Shown here: positions 48,358-62,330 of the stretch, piece after piece
How the letters are laid out: every line of letters starts with the position of its first letter
How positions within the stretch are numbered: the first letter of the stretch is position 1
Source: Octopus sinensis
Lineage: Eukaryota
Direction of reading: 5' to 3'
Assembly (NCBI RefSeq): GCF_006345805.1
Contig: NC_043019.1
Span: 17,297,360 to 17,361,359 of the forward strand
Length of the DNA: 64,000 nucleotides
Made by a program: the position numbers and the translations under genes
The notes under the pieces: model-generated
Databases searched by the model: none
Told to the model about the DNA's origin: nothing
Seen by the model: only the letters and a program-made list of their open reading frames with translations

Positions 48358-48839
48358 CACACATGTAGCGTATTATATCCATCTTCATTAGCTGCCACTT
48401 CAAGTATGATGAAGCTTTCAAAGTAAATGCTTTTATATGTGGAAGACTTTTTCTTTTCTTTTGAAAGCTAGGTGTCTCTATCCCTTCATTGACCAGGCTC
48501 TCAGATGTTGTTATACATTGCTGGTCACAGTCCAGTTCTTCCTTGATTGTGCCATTTTTTCCCCCATCTTGGCCTAAATCTCTTAACTAAATTTTAAATA
48601 TTACTTGCTGTTAGGAGAGGTATCCAGCCATAGAAACCTTGCCACACCAAGCAGCTGGAGTCTGGACAGCTCCATGTCAGACTGACCAATCCATGCCAGC
48701 ATGGGGAGTGGACATTAAGCAATGATGATGATGATAATGACTTCTTAGGTTGTTGTTTTATACAACCACCTTGTTTATACTAGAGTGTGTAGGCTATGAA
48801 ATTCTTTCATTCTCTTGATTTCCTGTAATTCTGACCACC

Positions 48840-49735
48840 CCATGGTTCCAGCAGACAAATGGTCAAAAGGTATTGCGTCCTGAGGATGCCAACAGCTTGA
48901 GGCCTTTTAGATCTCTTGAATACCAATCGGCAACTGCATTTATCCATGTGTTGTCTGAACCTTGCAATATGTCAAGTCCAGCAGAACTTGTGCTTTCATC
49001 ATGCTGTGGTTATGTGATTGACTCTGCACTGTTTGGACATATTCTCACAAGGATGTTCCTAGCATGGATCTTTCTGTGGCCGTTTGCATTGTAGCAAATT
49101 GATCTTCTTCCCTCTTCTTAGTAGCCTGTGTCTCCCGTGTAAGTGCACTGGTAGGACAGTACTGCTGAGGATTCTGGCAGTTTGGTCTTCTCCAGCTTTG
49201 CTTGTGAGTACATCTTTTATTGAGGTAAATATCTTCCATTCTGCCCTTATTCTCTTGGAGATTTCACCATCTTGGTGTATATTCACTGTGTACCCTTAAG
49301 TAGATGTACTCATTTGCCTCTTTGATTTCATTGCTTTCCCACTATGTTGGCCCCTGAGCTACATTTTCAAACTGCATGTATTTTATTTTCATGTGGTGTT
49401 CATTTTAAGGCCTTCTTCTAAGCTATGAGTGTCCACCTCTGTCAGCATGGTCAGCAGCTGGTCTTTGGTTTTAGTAATGAGTAGTACAATGCCATGTGTT
49501 AATTGGAGGTGTGTTAGTCGCTTGTTGATGATGTTCATGCCACTTGTCCAATCAGTGTCTCTGCTAACTATTTCTAGATACGCAGAGCTTTGGAGAGATG
49601 ATATTTCCTTGTTTGAAGCCTTTCTCAATTGGGGTCTCTCACTGTTACATCCAGAGTTTGGATCATCCTTGAGCAGTCTGGTGTACTGCACCTTAACACC
49701 CAGCATTTCCTGAGATTTCAGTTCTGTGTTCATTT
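48840..49735 (-). mobile_element. RTE-like LINE reverse transcriptase fragment
   Basis: NKRLTHLQLTHGIVL...EGLKMNTT, EISKRIRAEWKIF, TVLPV; frameshifted. Confidence 0.75.
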
Positions 49736-49739
49736 GACA

Positions 49740-50065
49740 TGATTAAAGACCTTTGGTACAACAAAAGTTTCTGCTTGGCGGGTGCCATATCTAACACTTG
49801 ACTAAAAGCCTGCTAAACTGATCACATCACGGGAAAATCTGACATTGAGGCTAATCCAGCTGCCTCAACATTTCCTTGGATGTTTCCTTAAGCCAGGGTG
49901 AGTGTTGGGTTCATCGAGCCAGAGACAAAGGGACAATCCATGCAGTGGAAACACCCCTGCTCACCTGCTTCAAAGAAGGTCAAGGTTGTTTCATCTGCAG
50001 GGAAAGTGATGACCTCAGTTTTTTGGGACACAGAAGACAGTGTGTTCTGATGAGCCAAGTGGCAC
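49740..50065 (+). mobile_element. Mariner transposase fragment
   Basis: KVSAWRVP, WVH.EPETKGQSMQWKHPCSPASKKVKVVSSAGKVMTSVFWDTE: hallmark mariner motifs. Confidence 0.8.
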
Positions 50066-50699
50066 CATATCTTCTACAAGTATCAGCCAACCAACCCTAC
50101 ACCCACCAATTATGATACTATTTCCACAACAGCTGTGTATATCAATCCAGTTTATAAAAATTATGTAAAGAAGTAGCAATATATATTTCTGCCAAAGTCC
50201 CATGTGCCCTCATATTGAAAGGTTTTTACCCGAGCACAACTATCAGGACACTCATATAAGGACTTCACTGAGTTGCTCATTGATCTCAAACTCCTGCAAA
50301 ACCCTCCACAACATGTCCCAAAGCATGCAGTCACCTGCTTTTCCGAGGTCTACACTGCTTGGCAGTATTCTCACGATTTTTCAAAGACCTGCCATAGAGT
50401 TTGTGCTATATCCAGGACAGTAGCCACACTTTTCTTCAGTTAGCTGGGGTTTCAGAATTTCCATGTCTCTTTTCCAGACCCCTAGCTTGGATTTTACCAG
50501 GGGGTGCTTAACAAGGCGATTCCTTTGTAAATAGAGCACTTTCTCTTGTTTTCCTTTCTAAAAATTATGGTTATCACTCTGAATTTCCATTGCTTCAGTG
50601 TCTTTCCAGAGGATCAAGGCACCTTAAGCATACACTAGTCAATCAGAGAATACCTTCTCTATTTAAGGCTTTTAACATCTGAGGCCAAATTTCACTCTC

Positions 50700-51620
50700 C
50701 CTATTCGCCTTGCCACATTTAAGCAATTCAACTGCCACTGTAACTTCAACTTCTGTGAGGTTAGTCTTCTCCCTTAGATGCACCTCATGTCCATCAGAAG
50801 ATTATAATGTGATAGGATTTAGGAGATTAACAAAGTATTCTCTCCACCTCTCAAGGACACTGTTCTCTGTAAAGAGAAGGATCCCAGCCAAGTTCTTAAC
50901 AGAAGGAGTGGCAATGGACTCCTTGTTAGGAAGTCAAAGGCTTGTCTATCAGAATACTTTATTGGCTGATCTAAAGTCAGAGTTCAGCTTAACCCCAGAC
51001 TCCTCTCATGACTGAGCCTTGGACATTTTTACTGTCTCTGCTGCAACTTTTTGTGCCTCATGTACCAAAGAAGAATCTTGTTTGCAATCCAAGCTTTGTA
51101 TGCCTCCTTCTTTGCTTGGATGGCATCTTCAACTTCCTGGTTAAACCAAGGGGTTCTTTTACTACCTGGTGCCACACTGAACTGCTTTTGTCCGCTGCAT
51201 TGTACAATCAAAGAAGAGACTGCCAAACAAAACAATCTCCACTCTGTCTGAATGTCCTCAGTTTGTTGGGGAAGTTCCCTGAATGTCAATGCAGTATTGC
51301 GTGCATATTTGTATCTGATCTCATCATCTGTCAAGGCTTCTGTCTTTATCCTGTAAGTTGCACTGGACTTAGAAGCTTTGTAAGTTCTTGCTATAGATAA
51401 TCTCAGGTTGCAGGTGATAAGTTGATAGCTCAACAAACATCCAACACTGAATCAAAGAGGTATGAGATAGCAAAATTCTATCAGTAACCTCCATTCCAAA
51501 GTATCCCTATACCAGATATACTTACAAATATATCTCTGTTGGATGAAGGTGTTCATAGCAGACAGTTCACAAGACAAAATTTGTGTTGAAGAACAACAGT
51601 GTTCTAATGGTTTGAGCAGG
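50700..51620 (-). mobile_element. RTE-clade LINE endonuclease/linker fragment
   Basis: GSKRTPWFNQEVEDAIQAKKEAYKAW; degenerate AMNTF..KYIW motif upstream. Confidence 0.7.
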
Positions 51621-52409
51621 TTCATTCATCATTCATTGCAGTGAATAGGGCAGAGTTGTTAGAACCTTGTACAAAATGCCTTGTGGTGTTTATTCTGGTT
51701 TGGCATAATGGCCTAGTGGTTGGGATATTTGGCTTATGGTCTTATAGTCATGGGATCAATTTTTGAACCAGGTAACACTTTGTGCCCTTGAGCATGGATT
51801 TTGTTTCCTGTTGCTCCAGTCAGTCTTGTTGTTGTCTTCATTGTCCAGTCTGTTTTTGTATATCTCTTGTTAATCTTGTAGCTTGTGACCCCAGATTACC
51901 ATTGCTCTAGCAGATCAGTGATATATAAATTGTTAGCCAAATCTCTAGCTGCAATCCATAAATTTGTACCTCAAGATTTATGCAATAACTTTTCCCAGCT
52001 TCTTTCTGAGTTCATATATATTCAAGACTAAGTTACATAGGATATTTGTCCATTTTTAATTCAAGAAGATGAAGTTTGAGGGTGATTTGGCTGCTGTTTT
52101 AAGAAGGTTGCGCAATGGTATAGAGGCTTCCTTTGACATGGAAATTGATGCTGTTAAAGACTCTCAGTAAGACATTGAAATGGTTTCAAGCAAGGGGAGC
52201 ATCTATATGGTTACTGAACCTGCTTAAAATAACACCAAAATCTACCTCAAATCACATCATAACATCTTTAAAAAAGAAAAAAAAGGTATTGGATAAAGTG
52301 GTTCTAGGTACCCAAAGATACCCAGATATGCTTAAAAGTAAAAAGGGAAAAAATCAGGATGGTCACAGAACTTCTTTGGTGATAGGTCTGCATTGCTATG
52401 AAGATTATT

Positions 52410-53070
52410 GGTTTCAAATTTTGGCACAAGGTCAGCAATTTTGGAGGAGGGTGTAAGTCGATTCATTTGACTCCAGTACTCAAGTTGTACTTATTTTATC
52501 AACCTCAAAAGATGAAAGGAAAAGTTGACCTTGGAATTTGAGTGCCAAACGCAAAGAAAGATGAAATGGCTCTAAGCATTTTGCCCCTTGTGCTAAAGGT
52601 TCTGCTAATTCACTGCCTTAAATCATTATAATAATGGTTTCAAATTTTTGGCACAAGGCCAGCAAGTTCGGGTGAGGGGTAAGTCAGATACATCAACCCC
52701 AGTGATTGACTGGTACTTATTTTATCAACCCCAAAAGGACAACAGACAAAATTGACTGCGATGGAATTTGAACTGAGAACATAAAGATGAACGAAATGCC
52801 ACTAAGCATTTCGCCTGGTGTGCTAACGATTCTGCCACCTCACTGCCTTTGTACCTTGTTAAATATTAACACAAGGCCAGCAATTTTGGAGGAGGGGTAA
52901 GTCAATTACATCGACTCCAGTGCTTGACTGGTTCTTATTTTATTGACCCCAAAAGGATGAAATGCAAAGTTGACCTCAGTGGAATTTGAACTCAGAGCAC
53001 TAAGACAGACAAAATGCTGCTAAGCATTTTGCTTGGCAAGCTAATGATTCTACCAGCTTACCACCTTAGT
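52410..53070 (-). mobile_element. Three head-to-tail SINE family B-like copies
   Basis: GGCACAAGGCCAGCAA...GGAATTTGAACT...CTAAGCATTT repeated three times at roughly 215-235 bp spacing. Confidence 0.8.
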
Positions 53071-53874
53071 ACCTCGTTAACTATTAATGACAAAGATAAT
53101 GCTGATAGTTCTATTTTTTTTTTTCATGTTTCATGTAAGTTAAACACACACACACACACACGTCTGTTGTGCAGTGTACAAGAAACCAATTATCTCACTG
53201 GACACACACGCATATAGTTCAATCAAAGTCTAGTGGTATTAACGAATAAAAAAAAATTTTTTTTTTTTTTTGCAAAATGTAGACAGAGAAGGAGAAAAAG
53301 AGAAACAATCTGCACGAATGCTGTTCATAATGTTAAAAGTGCAACAAGAATTCTATCTCGCTGGCTGCTGTTAAAATATTGCTGATTTCTTCTGTTGCAG
53401 GAGTCTCTGGCTAGATTCAGCCAACCTTCTTATCCTCGTCTGGAATTTTTCTGCTTTCATTTGTTCCTTTTTTCTTTCACTTTGTTCCTGTCTCCCTTTC
53501 TACCTTTCATTCTCTATTTGCTTTTCTTCTTTCTTTATCTCTTTTTCTTTTCTCACCCTAAACTTCTTATCTATAATTCTATCTCTTGTATTTCTTTGCA
53601 TATATATATATGCCAGTGGCACGTAAAAGCACCCACTACACTCTCGGAGTGGTTGGCATTAGGAAGGGCATCCAGCTGTAGAAACACTGCCAGATCAGAC
53701 TGGAGCCTGGTGCAGCCTCCTGGCTTCCAAGATCCCGGTCGAACCGTCCAACCCATGCTAGCATGGAAAGCGGACGCTAAACGATGATGATGATGATGAT
53801 GTGTGTGTGTGTGTGTTTTCTTAAGCTCCATATTGGCTCCAATCACACAGACAAATGATGAAAAATGTTCTAGC

Positions 53875-54257
53875 TCTTTTACTCTTTTACTTGTTTCAGT
53901 CATTTGACTGCAGCCATGCTGGAGCATTGCCTTTGATCGAGCAACTCGACCCCAGGACTTATTCTTTTGTAAGCCTAGTACTTATTCTATCGGTCTCTTT
54001 TGCCGAACCGCTAAGTAACGGGGACATAAACACACCAGCATTGGTTGTCAAGCAATGCTAGGGGGACAAACACAGACACACGCATATATATATATACATA
54101 TATACGACGGGCTTCTTTCAGTTTCCGTCTACCAAATCCACTCACAAGGCTTTGGTCGGCCCGAGGCTATAGTAGAAGACACTTGCCCAAGGTGCCACGC
54201 AGTGGGACTGAACCCGGAACCATGTGGTTGGTTAGCAAGCTACTTACCACACAGCCA
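53875..54257 (-). mobile_element. SINE family A
   Basis: Full-length reverse copy. Confidence 0.9.
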
Positions 54258-55360
54258 GTGTGTACATTATATATATATGTGTGTGTGTAAACTTATATAA
54301 ATATTTATAGTGGTTGTTAAGAAGGGCATCTAGCTATAAAAACTATGCCAAGCAAACCTCGCTGGTGTTGGTGTCACATAAAAAGCACCCAGCCTACTCT
54401 GTAATGTGGTCGGTGTTAGGAAGGGCATTCAGTGGTAAAAGCCATGCCAAAAGCGACAGTGGACCTTGGTGCAGTCTTCTGGCCTGTCAGCTCCTGTCAA
54501 ACCATCTAATCTATGTCAGCATGGAAAATAGATGTTAAATGATGCTGATGATGTATCTTCTCAAGTACACCAGATCAGAACATCTCCTGCTCCCTTGTCA
54601 TTTCCCCAGTGAGGCCCAGAAAATAAGACAAAACACAAGATTGTTTATAAGATATTTAGTTACACAAGCCTACTTTAATTTACAAAATATGATTATTAGT
54701 TCTTCATCATCATCATTTAACGTCCGCTTTCCATGCTGGCATGGGTTGGACGGCTCAACTGGGGTCTGGGAAGCCCGAAGGCTGCACCAGGCCAGTCAGA
54801 TCTGGCAGTGTTTCTACAGCTGGATGCCCTTCCTAACGCCAACCACTCCGTGAGTGTAGTGGGTGCTTTTTATGTGCCACCAACACAGGTGCCAGACAAG
54901 GCTGGCGAACGGCCATGCTCGGATGGTGTTTTTTTATGTGCCATGGACACAGGTGCCAGACGAGGCTGGCGAACGGCCATGCTCGGATGGTGTTTGTTAC
55001 GTGCCACCAGCACGGAGGCCAGTCGATGAAGTACTGGCTACAGCCACGTTTGGATCAAAATCTATTGTCAAATCTTCAGAGATGTGTAACCTTTATATGT
55101 AACATTACTGGATTGTTGAATTGTTGGCAGAAGTCACCATGATTTGTGTTAAATTAAGTCTAGGTGGCAGTTTCTATTCAGCCTCATAAAGAAAACTAGA
55201 AGATTAAATGTTGCTAGAGACACTTGAAAGAGTTGTTTATAACAGTGCCAATTCATGTTCATGAGTAAGGGGTACATACTCGCATAAAACTTGTGACCAG
55301 TGTATATGGTCCACTCATCTATATGTCATATATATATGTGTGTATATATATATATATTTA

Positions 55361-55750
55361 TACTCCTTCACTTGTTTCAGTCATTTGACTGCGGCCATGC
55401 TGGAGCACTGCCTTTAGTCGAGCAAATTGACCCCGGAACTTATTCTTTGTAAGCCCAGTACTTATTCTATCGGTCTCTTTTGCCAAACCGCTAAGTGACG
55501 GGGATGTAAGCACACCAGCATCGGTTGTCAGGCAATGCTAGGGGGACAAACACAAACACACACACATACACATATATATATACATATATACGACAGGCTT
55601 CTTTCAGTTTCCATCTACCAAATCCACTCACAAGGCATTGGTCGGCCCGGGGCTATAGCAGAAGACACTTGCCCAAGGTGCCACGCAGTGGGACTGAAAC
55701 CGGAACCATGTGGTTGGTTAGCAAGCTACTTACCACACAGCCACTCCTGC
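55361..55750 (-). mobile_element. SINE family A
   Basis: Full-length reverse copy. Confidence 0.9.
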
Positions 55751-56332
55751 ATATTATATATAAAATCCGTTCTGTCTGTCTGTGTTTGTGTCTTCTAGGA
55801 TCTTGGGCATCCTCCATCCGATTGCGTCCAAATTTGATATGTAGATACTGACGGTATCAGGGCGTGTATAAGTCTTGAAAAAATTACAAAAATCGATTCC
55901 AGGTGAGAATGCGATCGATAAAGCCGTGGGAACGTGCATTTGTGCGTGCAAGTACATCAGCTGTTGCGATCGATACTACGCATATGCGAGAAAAATGCAT
56001 GTGCAGTTTGCACAAAAAGAGTCAGCTGGCTTGAAATAATGCCACAAAATGGAACGGTCGGACAAGTTGTTTTGAGAAAATTTGGTTTAAATGTTTGACA
56101 ACTCAGCACCGTCCATTGAGGGGCTACATTATCTAATATGTCCTTTCCTTTAGGTAAAACAGTTAAGGTGTGATAGTTTTTCAAGCTTATTCGAAACTGG
56201 ACTATGTTATTCAATGTATGTTTTAAGAGAGACTTAAATGCTATTTCTTGCATCTTGAGTGAACTATGTAAAGGCTCCACAAGACCTCACTTCCATATAG
56301 TTGTTGTTCAGCTTCAAGTCTCCCCTGATTAA

Positions 56333-56668
56333 GGGGTGAAGACCCCCTTCGGTCATGAATGACCATGGGATTGCACCTAGAAAGTTACCCTCCTAGACAC
56401 AAGTCCGGGCAAGGTTGTTTATGGAAGACCAGCAGTCGCCCATGCATACCAGCCTCCCCTCTCCACGCCACCAGTGTTATCCAAGGGAAAGACAAAGGCC
56501 CATACAGCTTGGTACCAGTGACGTCGCAACTCATTTCTACAGCTGAGTGAACTGGAGCAACGTGAAATAAAGTGCCTTGCTCAAGAACACAACACCCAGC
56601 CCGGTCCGGGATTCGAGCTCACAACCTCACGATCGTAAGCTCGACGCTCTAACCACTGAGCCATGCGC
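56333..56668 (-). mobile_element. SINE family D
   Basis: Nearly identical to 24225-24560. Confidence 0.85.
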
Positions 56669-59600
56669 CAAGCATCGATATATAAGCAGAGCTATTCCAG
56701 CTATGATCATTCCATTATTTATTGAGATGTATCTAGGATCATATCACCCAATGTCTTCTTTTCCTTTTAAGATGATTAAAGCATTTTTTCAGAGAGACTT
56801 AACTGCTATTTTGAGCAGGGAGAGCATTCGTTTCCTATGTTTTGTTTTTCTTTAAGTAGAAAGAATCTGTAGTTATGTGTGGCATGTCATGTTATGTGTG
56901 TGTGTGTGTGTGTTGGCACTTGTATGTGAATGGATTGCTATTTTGTGTGTGCATTCCAATACTTCTTAATCTGGATGGTGGTGCTCTTCTGTTGGGACAT
57001 TGTGATCTTGTATAGAAGGGTCATGTTTTTTCTTAGAAGTAAAATATTCAAACCAGGTACAATATTTTCAAGCACGTTTTAAGCACACTTTTGGCAAAAA
57101 TGTTTGTTGGAATTAAAATATGGATAGGACATTGTTATTATCTGTGAGCAGAAACGTGATGCCCAAAAGTCCATTATGATTTCATTATATAAGTCCTTTT
57201 GTGAAAGTGCATGGCCTAATTGGTTTGGCTGTTAGGATAGTGATCATGAGATAGTGATTTCATTTCCCAGATTAAGCAGGGCATTGTGTTTTTGAATAAA
57301 ACACTTCATGTTGCTCCAGGCTATTCATCTGAAAATAAGTAGAAGCAGCAGCAGCAGCAGTATGTAGTACTATACTCTCACCATGGAAGCTGGGATAATT
57401 TCCAACCTAATGAGCCTGTAGGTTTGTAACAGACCAAAAATGTACTTTTTCTCCTTTTCATTCAAGAATGAACGTAAGGGCACTAATCCACGCAAATGTC
57501 TTACAAGAAGTACATGCTGGTTGGGAAAGTATAACAAAGTATCGATAATAAATCACTGCCCCAAATTAGCTTAATCTACTGTTTTGAAGGAATGGAAGGT
57601 TGTTTTTTGTCTTTTATGCAAAACATGGTTGGTGGGTGGTTGGGGGCATTTGTAAAATATCCCATGAAAGGGGGGTACTAAGTTATAAAAGACTGAGAAC
57701 CACTGGTTGTTTCTTCACCTTACTCTCTTTATATAAAACTAGATTGATGTACAAGCCAGGGTGCTTCTACATGGTGGCTTGACCTGCTAGAAAAGCAGCC
57801 GAATCACTTTCAGTTCATAGTCTACTGTCTTCAAAAAGGAAGTATGTTTTAGATAACATGATATTAGATATAAAGTGCCTGAATAAAAGATGGGATAATC
57901 ATGTTTAGAACATCTGGAGCTAAATGACAACCTGGATTAAAACTAGAGGTTGTATGAGCTAATGACAGTCTCTGTATGCTATTCAATATGCTTGGAATAG
58001 CGACCAAATTTCCCTCAGATCACACTCTGCTGCATTAAAAGATAATGAAAAGGATACATTTAAGACATGGTCTTAGATATACAAGAACACAGGTTGATCA
58101 CAGCTGCAACACCTTTAACTCCATAATTCTGTAGTCTGACCTGGGAATAGAGAACAGCAGCGAGATGTGAGCATAACATCTTGGAAGAAAATGTCAAGGT
58201 TTAAAGCAAGCAACTGATTGAATAGTGTTATTAACTTTTCAGTGGAGGAATGGAGGAGTATAGCTTGAAGGAATGACAGAAAGGAGCATGTATTTGTATG
58301 TGTTATAAATGATGATGATGATTCCTTTCAGTCAAGTCCCTGAATAGAGAGACCATTGTTAAGCATTCACAGTGAACCATTTTGCTTCCTGTTATAAAGT
58401 AATGCAAGAATAAGTCTTTGTTGTCAAGGAGAAAAAGCCTCTTGTTTATTTCAAGAAGGAAGAAATCAGCTAAACTGTTCATTGTTTTTAATTGTGTGTG
58501 TGTGTGGTGTGTGTGTGTGTGTGTGTGTGCACATGTATGTTTTCCCCTTTCTTGAGGGAGACAAACTTAATTATATAACATAGCATCTTACTGTGAATGC
58601 AAGTCTTTTTCAACAAATCTAAATTATTTACAGAGAGTTCTCAAATAAATAATAATTATAAATTTGGGTATACACCTTATAGAATACCTATTTCTTTATT
58701 ACCCACAAGGGGCTAAACACAGAGGGGACAAACAAGGACAGACATAGGTATTAAGTCGATTACATCGACCCCAGTGCGTAACTGGTACTTAATTTATCGA
58801 CCCCGAAAGGATGAAAGGCAAAGTCGACCTTGGCGGAATTCGAACTCACAACGTAACGCAGACGAAATACACCTTGTAGAATACCGTTTAATACCTGTTC
58901 ACTTTATTCAGCTGCCTCATGTCAACAGGAGTATGGTTATAAATACCATTGGATTTACTTCAGGAATTGCTTCATGTCCATAGAATTTATAACAAAGTGA
59001 GAAAGAGAAAGAAAATGGAATTCACGAGATTCTTTATTAATCACTATAATTGTTTCAACTCCTTGTGCATCAGTCCTTTGCAGGTGAGATTCTGTACAAA
59101 TAGTTGTGGTGCATCATTCGGTGCTGATCTGCCTTGTTAGGGGACTTGTCAAAAGATACCCTGTTATTTAATCTCTGTTCAAATAGATGTTTACATCACC
59201 ATCCTTATTTTACATTTGTTTTCCATGCTGGCAGGAGTTGGATGAGTCATCACATTTTGATTCTTATTTGCAGTTATTGCCCTTCCCTGATGTGTTGGGA
59301 CTACAACTTGTATTTTGATGTCCTTCCTAATGCCAACTACTTTACAAAGTATACTGGATACTTTATATCATAAATTTGGTTTCAAATTTTGGCTCAAAAT
59401 TTGAAATCAAACCAATGAAGAAACCTTAGCTGTTTAACCTGCTTGGCATAACATTCAAAACTTTCCTCAAATCACAACCTCCCTCTAAAAATTGAAATAC
59501 ATACTGGATAATTGAATCCTTGATATATAAAAAAGAAAAGAAAAATTAGCCGGTCATGGCTGGAATGTCTTTTATCAAAGGTCTATTTGGTCAGGACTGT

Positions 59601-60059
59601 TTGGGGGTTAAACAGCTACTATTGAACCTTCTATATCTCGATTACTGTGCTTTACTTAATCCTGTATGCTCTAGTTTACCAGTTTCAAAGAAAAGGTTGA
59701 AGACTTTCAGGAACTGTATTATGTTCAATCTTTGAAGAGATTTGTGTCCTCTACTTTGTGGTGCAGCAACTATTTCTCTAGCAGGACAAGTGACTGAATG
59801 GAGGCCCTCTCATTGGCTCAGAAGGTTTGAGTATATACTCTTCACCAATGGCAATAACTGTTTTGAACTTTCTGCCTCTATTGTTAGAAAGTATTGATTA
59901 GACTGATTGAACTGTTAACCTATTTTTTGTTTACATTTATATCATTTTGATTGATGTACACCTGATGAGGAATGTTTTTATATTGGAAGGCCTGCATTAA
60001 AGTTACTGCCATCTGGCAAGGCTGCATTTCTAGACAAATTGATAAATAAAATGAATTAT

Positions 60060-60960
60060 AGGCGCAGGAGTGGCTGTGTGGTAAGTAGCTTGTTTACCAA
60101 CCACATGGTTCTGGGTTCAGTCCCACTGCGTGGTACCTTGGGCAAGTGTCTTCTACTATAGCCTTGGGCTGACCAAAGCCCTGTGAGTGGATTTGGTAGA
60201 CGGAAACTGAAAGAAGCCCGTCGTATATATGTATATATATATATATATGTGTGTGTGTGCGTGTGTTTGTCCCCCTAGCATTGCTTGACAACCGATGCTG
60301 GTGTGTTTATGTCCCCGTTATTTAGCGGTTCGGCAAAAGAGACTGATAGAATAAGTACTGGGCTTACAAAAAAATAAGTCCCAGGATCGAGTTGCTCGAT
60401 TAAAGGCGGTGCTCTAGCATGGCCGCAGTCAAATGACTGAAACAAGTAAAAGAGTAAAAGAGAGAGTATACTTTTCAGTTGCCGTCTTAAAAGTTATCAG
60501 TCAACGCAAGACTAAGGTAGAAGACGCTTATTCAAGTGCAAGATAAAGTGTCTGAAAGGAGCTGAATCAAACAAACTTATGTTAGTGCTTCCCAACCACA
60601 TGGTTCCAGGTTCAGTCTCACTGCATGGCATCTTGGGCAAGTGTCTTCTACTTTAATCTTGGGCCAACCAAATCCTTGTCAGAGGGTTTGGTAGATGGAA
60701 ACTGAAAGGAATCTGTTGTGTGTGTGTATATATGTGTGTGTGTGTGTGTGTCTGTCCTCTACCAACACTTGGCAGCTGGTGTTGGTGTGTTTATGTCCCC
60801 ATAACTAAGTGGTTCAGCAAAATGGACTAATAAAATATGTGCCAGGCTTAAAAAAAGAAGTAAAGTAAAGTACTGGGATCAATCCATTTGATTGAAGGTT
60901 CTTCAAGGCAGTGCCCCAGCTTGGCTGCAGTTTGATGACTGAAACTTTTCAAAGATAAAA
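60060..60960 (+). mobile_element. SINE family A copies (60060-60462 full; 60585-60960 diverged)
   Basis: Head, body and tail motifs. Confidence 0.85.
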
Positions 60961-61689
60961 GCTATATACGTCCAGGTTGAGTTGATATCTCACAGGCTTT
61001 GGCCTTCTCTCCATTCCATCACTCACCACCAGCTACATTCATTCTGATTTCCACAGACAAAGGGGATAAAGATGTTGGTTCTCTTACTTTTCTTTTCATT
61101 CCTCTTGTTCCCTTTTTTTGCATCAACCTTCTTTACATTTTTCTTCTCATTTTCCTCTCATGTATTCTCATTGACCAGCATCCTGACTTTCAAATAGGTT
61201 CAGCAATATGTACTGCGCCTGAAAGATTGCTTGGAGACACATGGCATGTTGTATATATATATATATATATCAAATTATTGTATCTGTACAGCATGAAACT
61301 ATCAGTTACTCTTTTATAAATTCTGTGTATATTAAATGATATTTATCTTTTATTGGATGGAGCACTTTTTTTGTTGATCCTACTTAGAATGGAACAGTAA
61401 ACTATACACACACATGCACAAACAATAACACTACTCTCGGAACCTTCCCTCTGTTGGATCTTGAGCCTACAGTGGACTGTGGACTGCCTGCCAAAGTATA
61501 CTCTTGTACAATTTTATGTCTACATCAGGTGTATACTGTTCTATACTTGTGGATGTACACGTAACTGGAAGTACAAATCCATGCTTTTAGTAAGTACAGG
61601 AGTGTCCATGCACACTGTTGATAGGGAGAGTTTACGAAAAAAGCAAAAGACAAAGACAGGTGGTGTAGAAAACAAACAGATGTATTAGT

Positions 61690-61790
61690 ATAACGCTCAG
61701 GAATAGAAAAAGTCTTTTACGTTTCGAGCCTACGCTCTTCTACAGAAAGGGACACAGAAAAAACAAGGAGAGAAAAAAAAAGTGTGTAAT
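61690..61790 (-). mobile_element. Penelope-like element tail with variant hammerhead-like motif
   Basis: Minus strand CTTT-CTGTAGA-A-GAGC(GTAG)GCTC-GAAAC-GTA-AAAG. Confidence 0.5.
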
Positions 61791-62089
61791 GGCTAACGAT
61801 GTATCATGGCGTCTGTTGATACCTGGGTATGCTATTTTCAATTCTACCCTGGTGTCTTTGTTATTAAAATACCTCGATTTTATTGACTCCTGAAAATGAT
61901 TGTTGTGTGTGTGTGTGTGTGTGTGTGTTGGATGAATCTGGTGACTCATTTCCTTGCCACTGGTCAATATCTCTCTATAAACAATTGTTCAGTCAACAAA
62001 ACCAGCCATCTCTTTTGTTTCCCCGAGAATGATCGTTTGTAATAAAAATTCTGAGTGGTGGTTTAATGAATCATCAGCTTCCTCTTAGT

Positions 62090-62330
62090 CCTGGGTGTAG
62101 AAACAAAAGCTGGAAGCAGCAGGGGTGGGGGCTTGAAGTTAACTTAACCAAAATGAATTCTAGTAAGCAGGAACACAGATAGGACTCTGTTCCCTTCAGG
62201 AAAATGACCTTGCTCAATATGTAGGAAAGGCACAGACAGGATTTCCATATGGTGTACCCAGTGCAAACTATGGACACACAAGAGGTGCAGCAGAATTACA
62301 GGAAGACTAATAAAGAAAGTAATGGTTATA
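62090..62330 (+). mobile_element. LINE ORF2 fragment (post-RT Cys-rich region)
   Basis: GLKVNLTK...PCSICRKG...WCTQCKLWTHKRCSRITGRL across frameshifts. Confidence 0.65.

Noticed and set aside
59711-59900. Possible coding exon after actttcag|
   Set aside because: All three frames from the acceptor hit stops within 30 codons; no recognisable homology.
59955-60010. CTGATGA-GGAAT...ATTGGAAGG as a hammerhead
   Set aside because: No GAAA core, no NUH site and no stem I partner.
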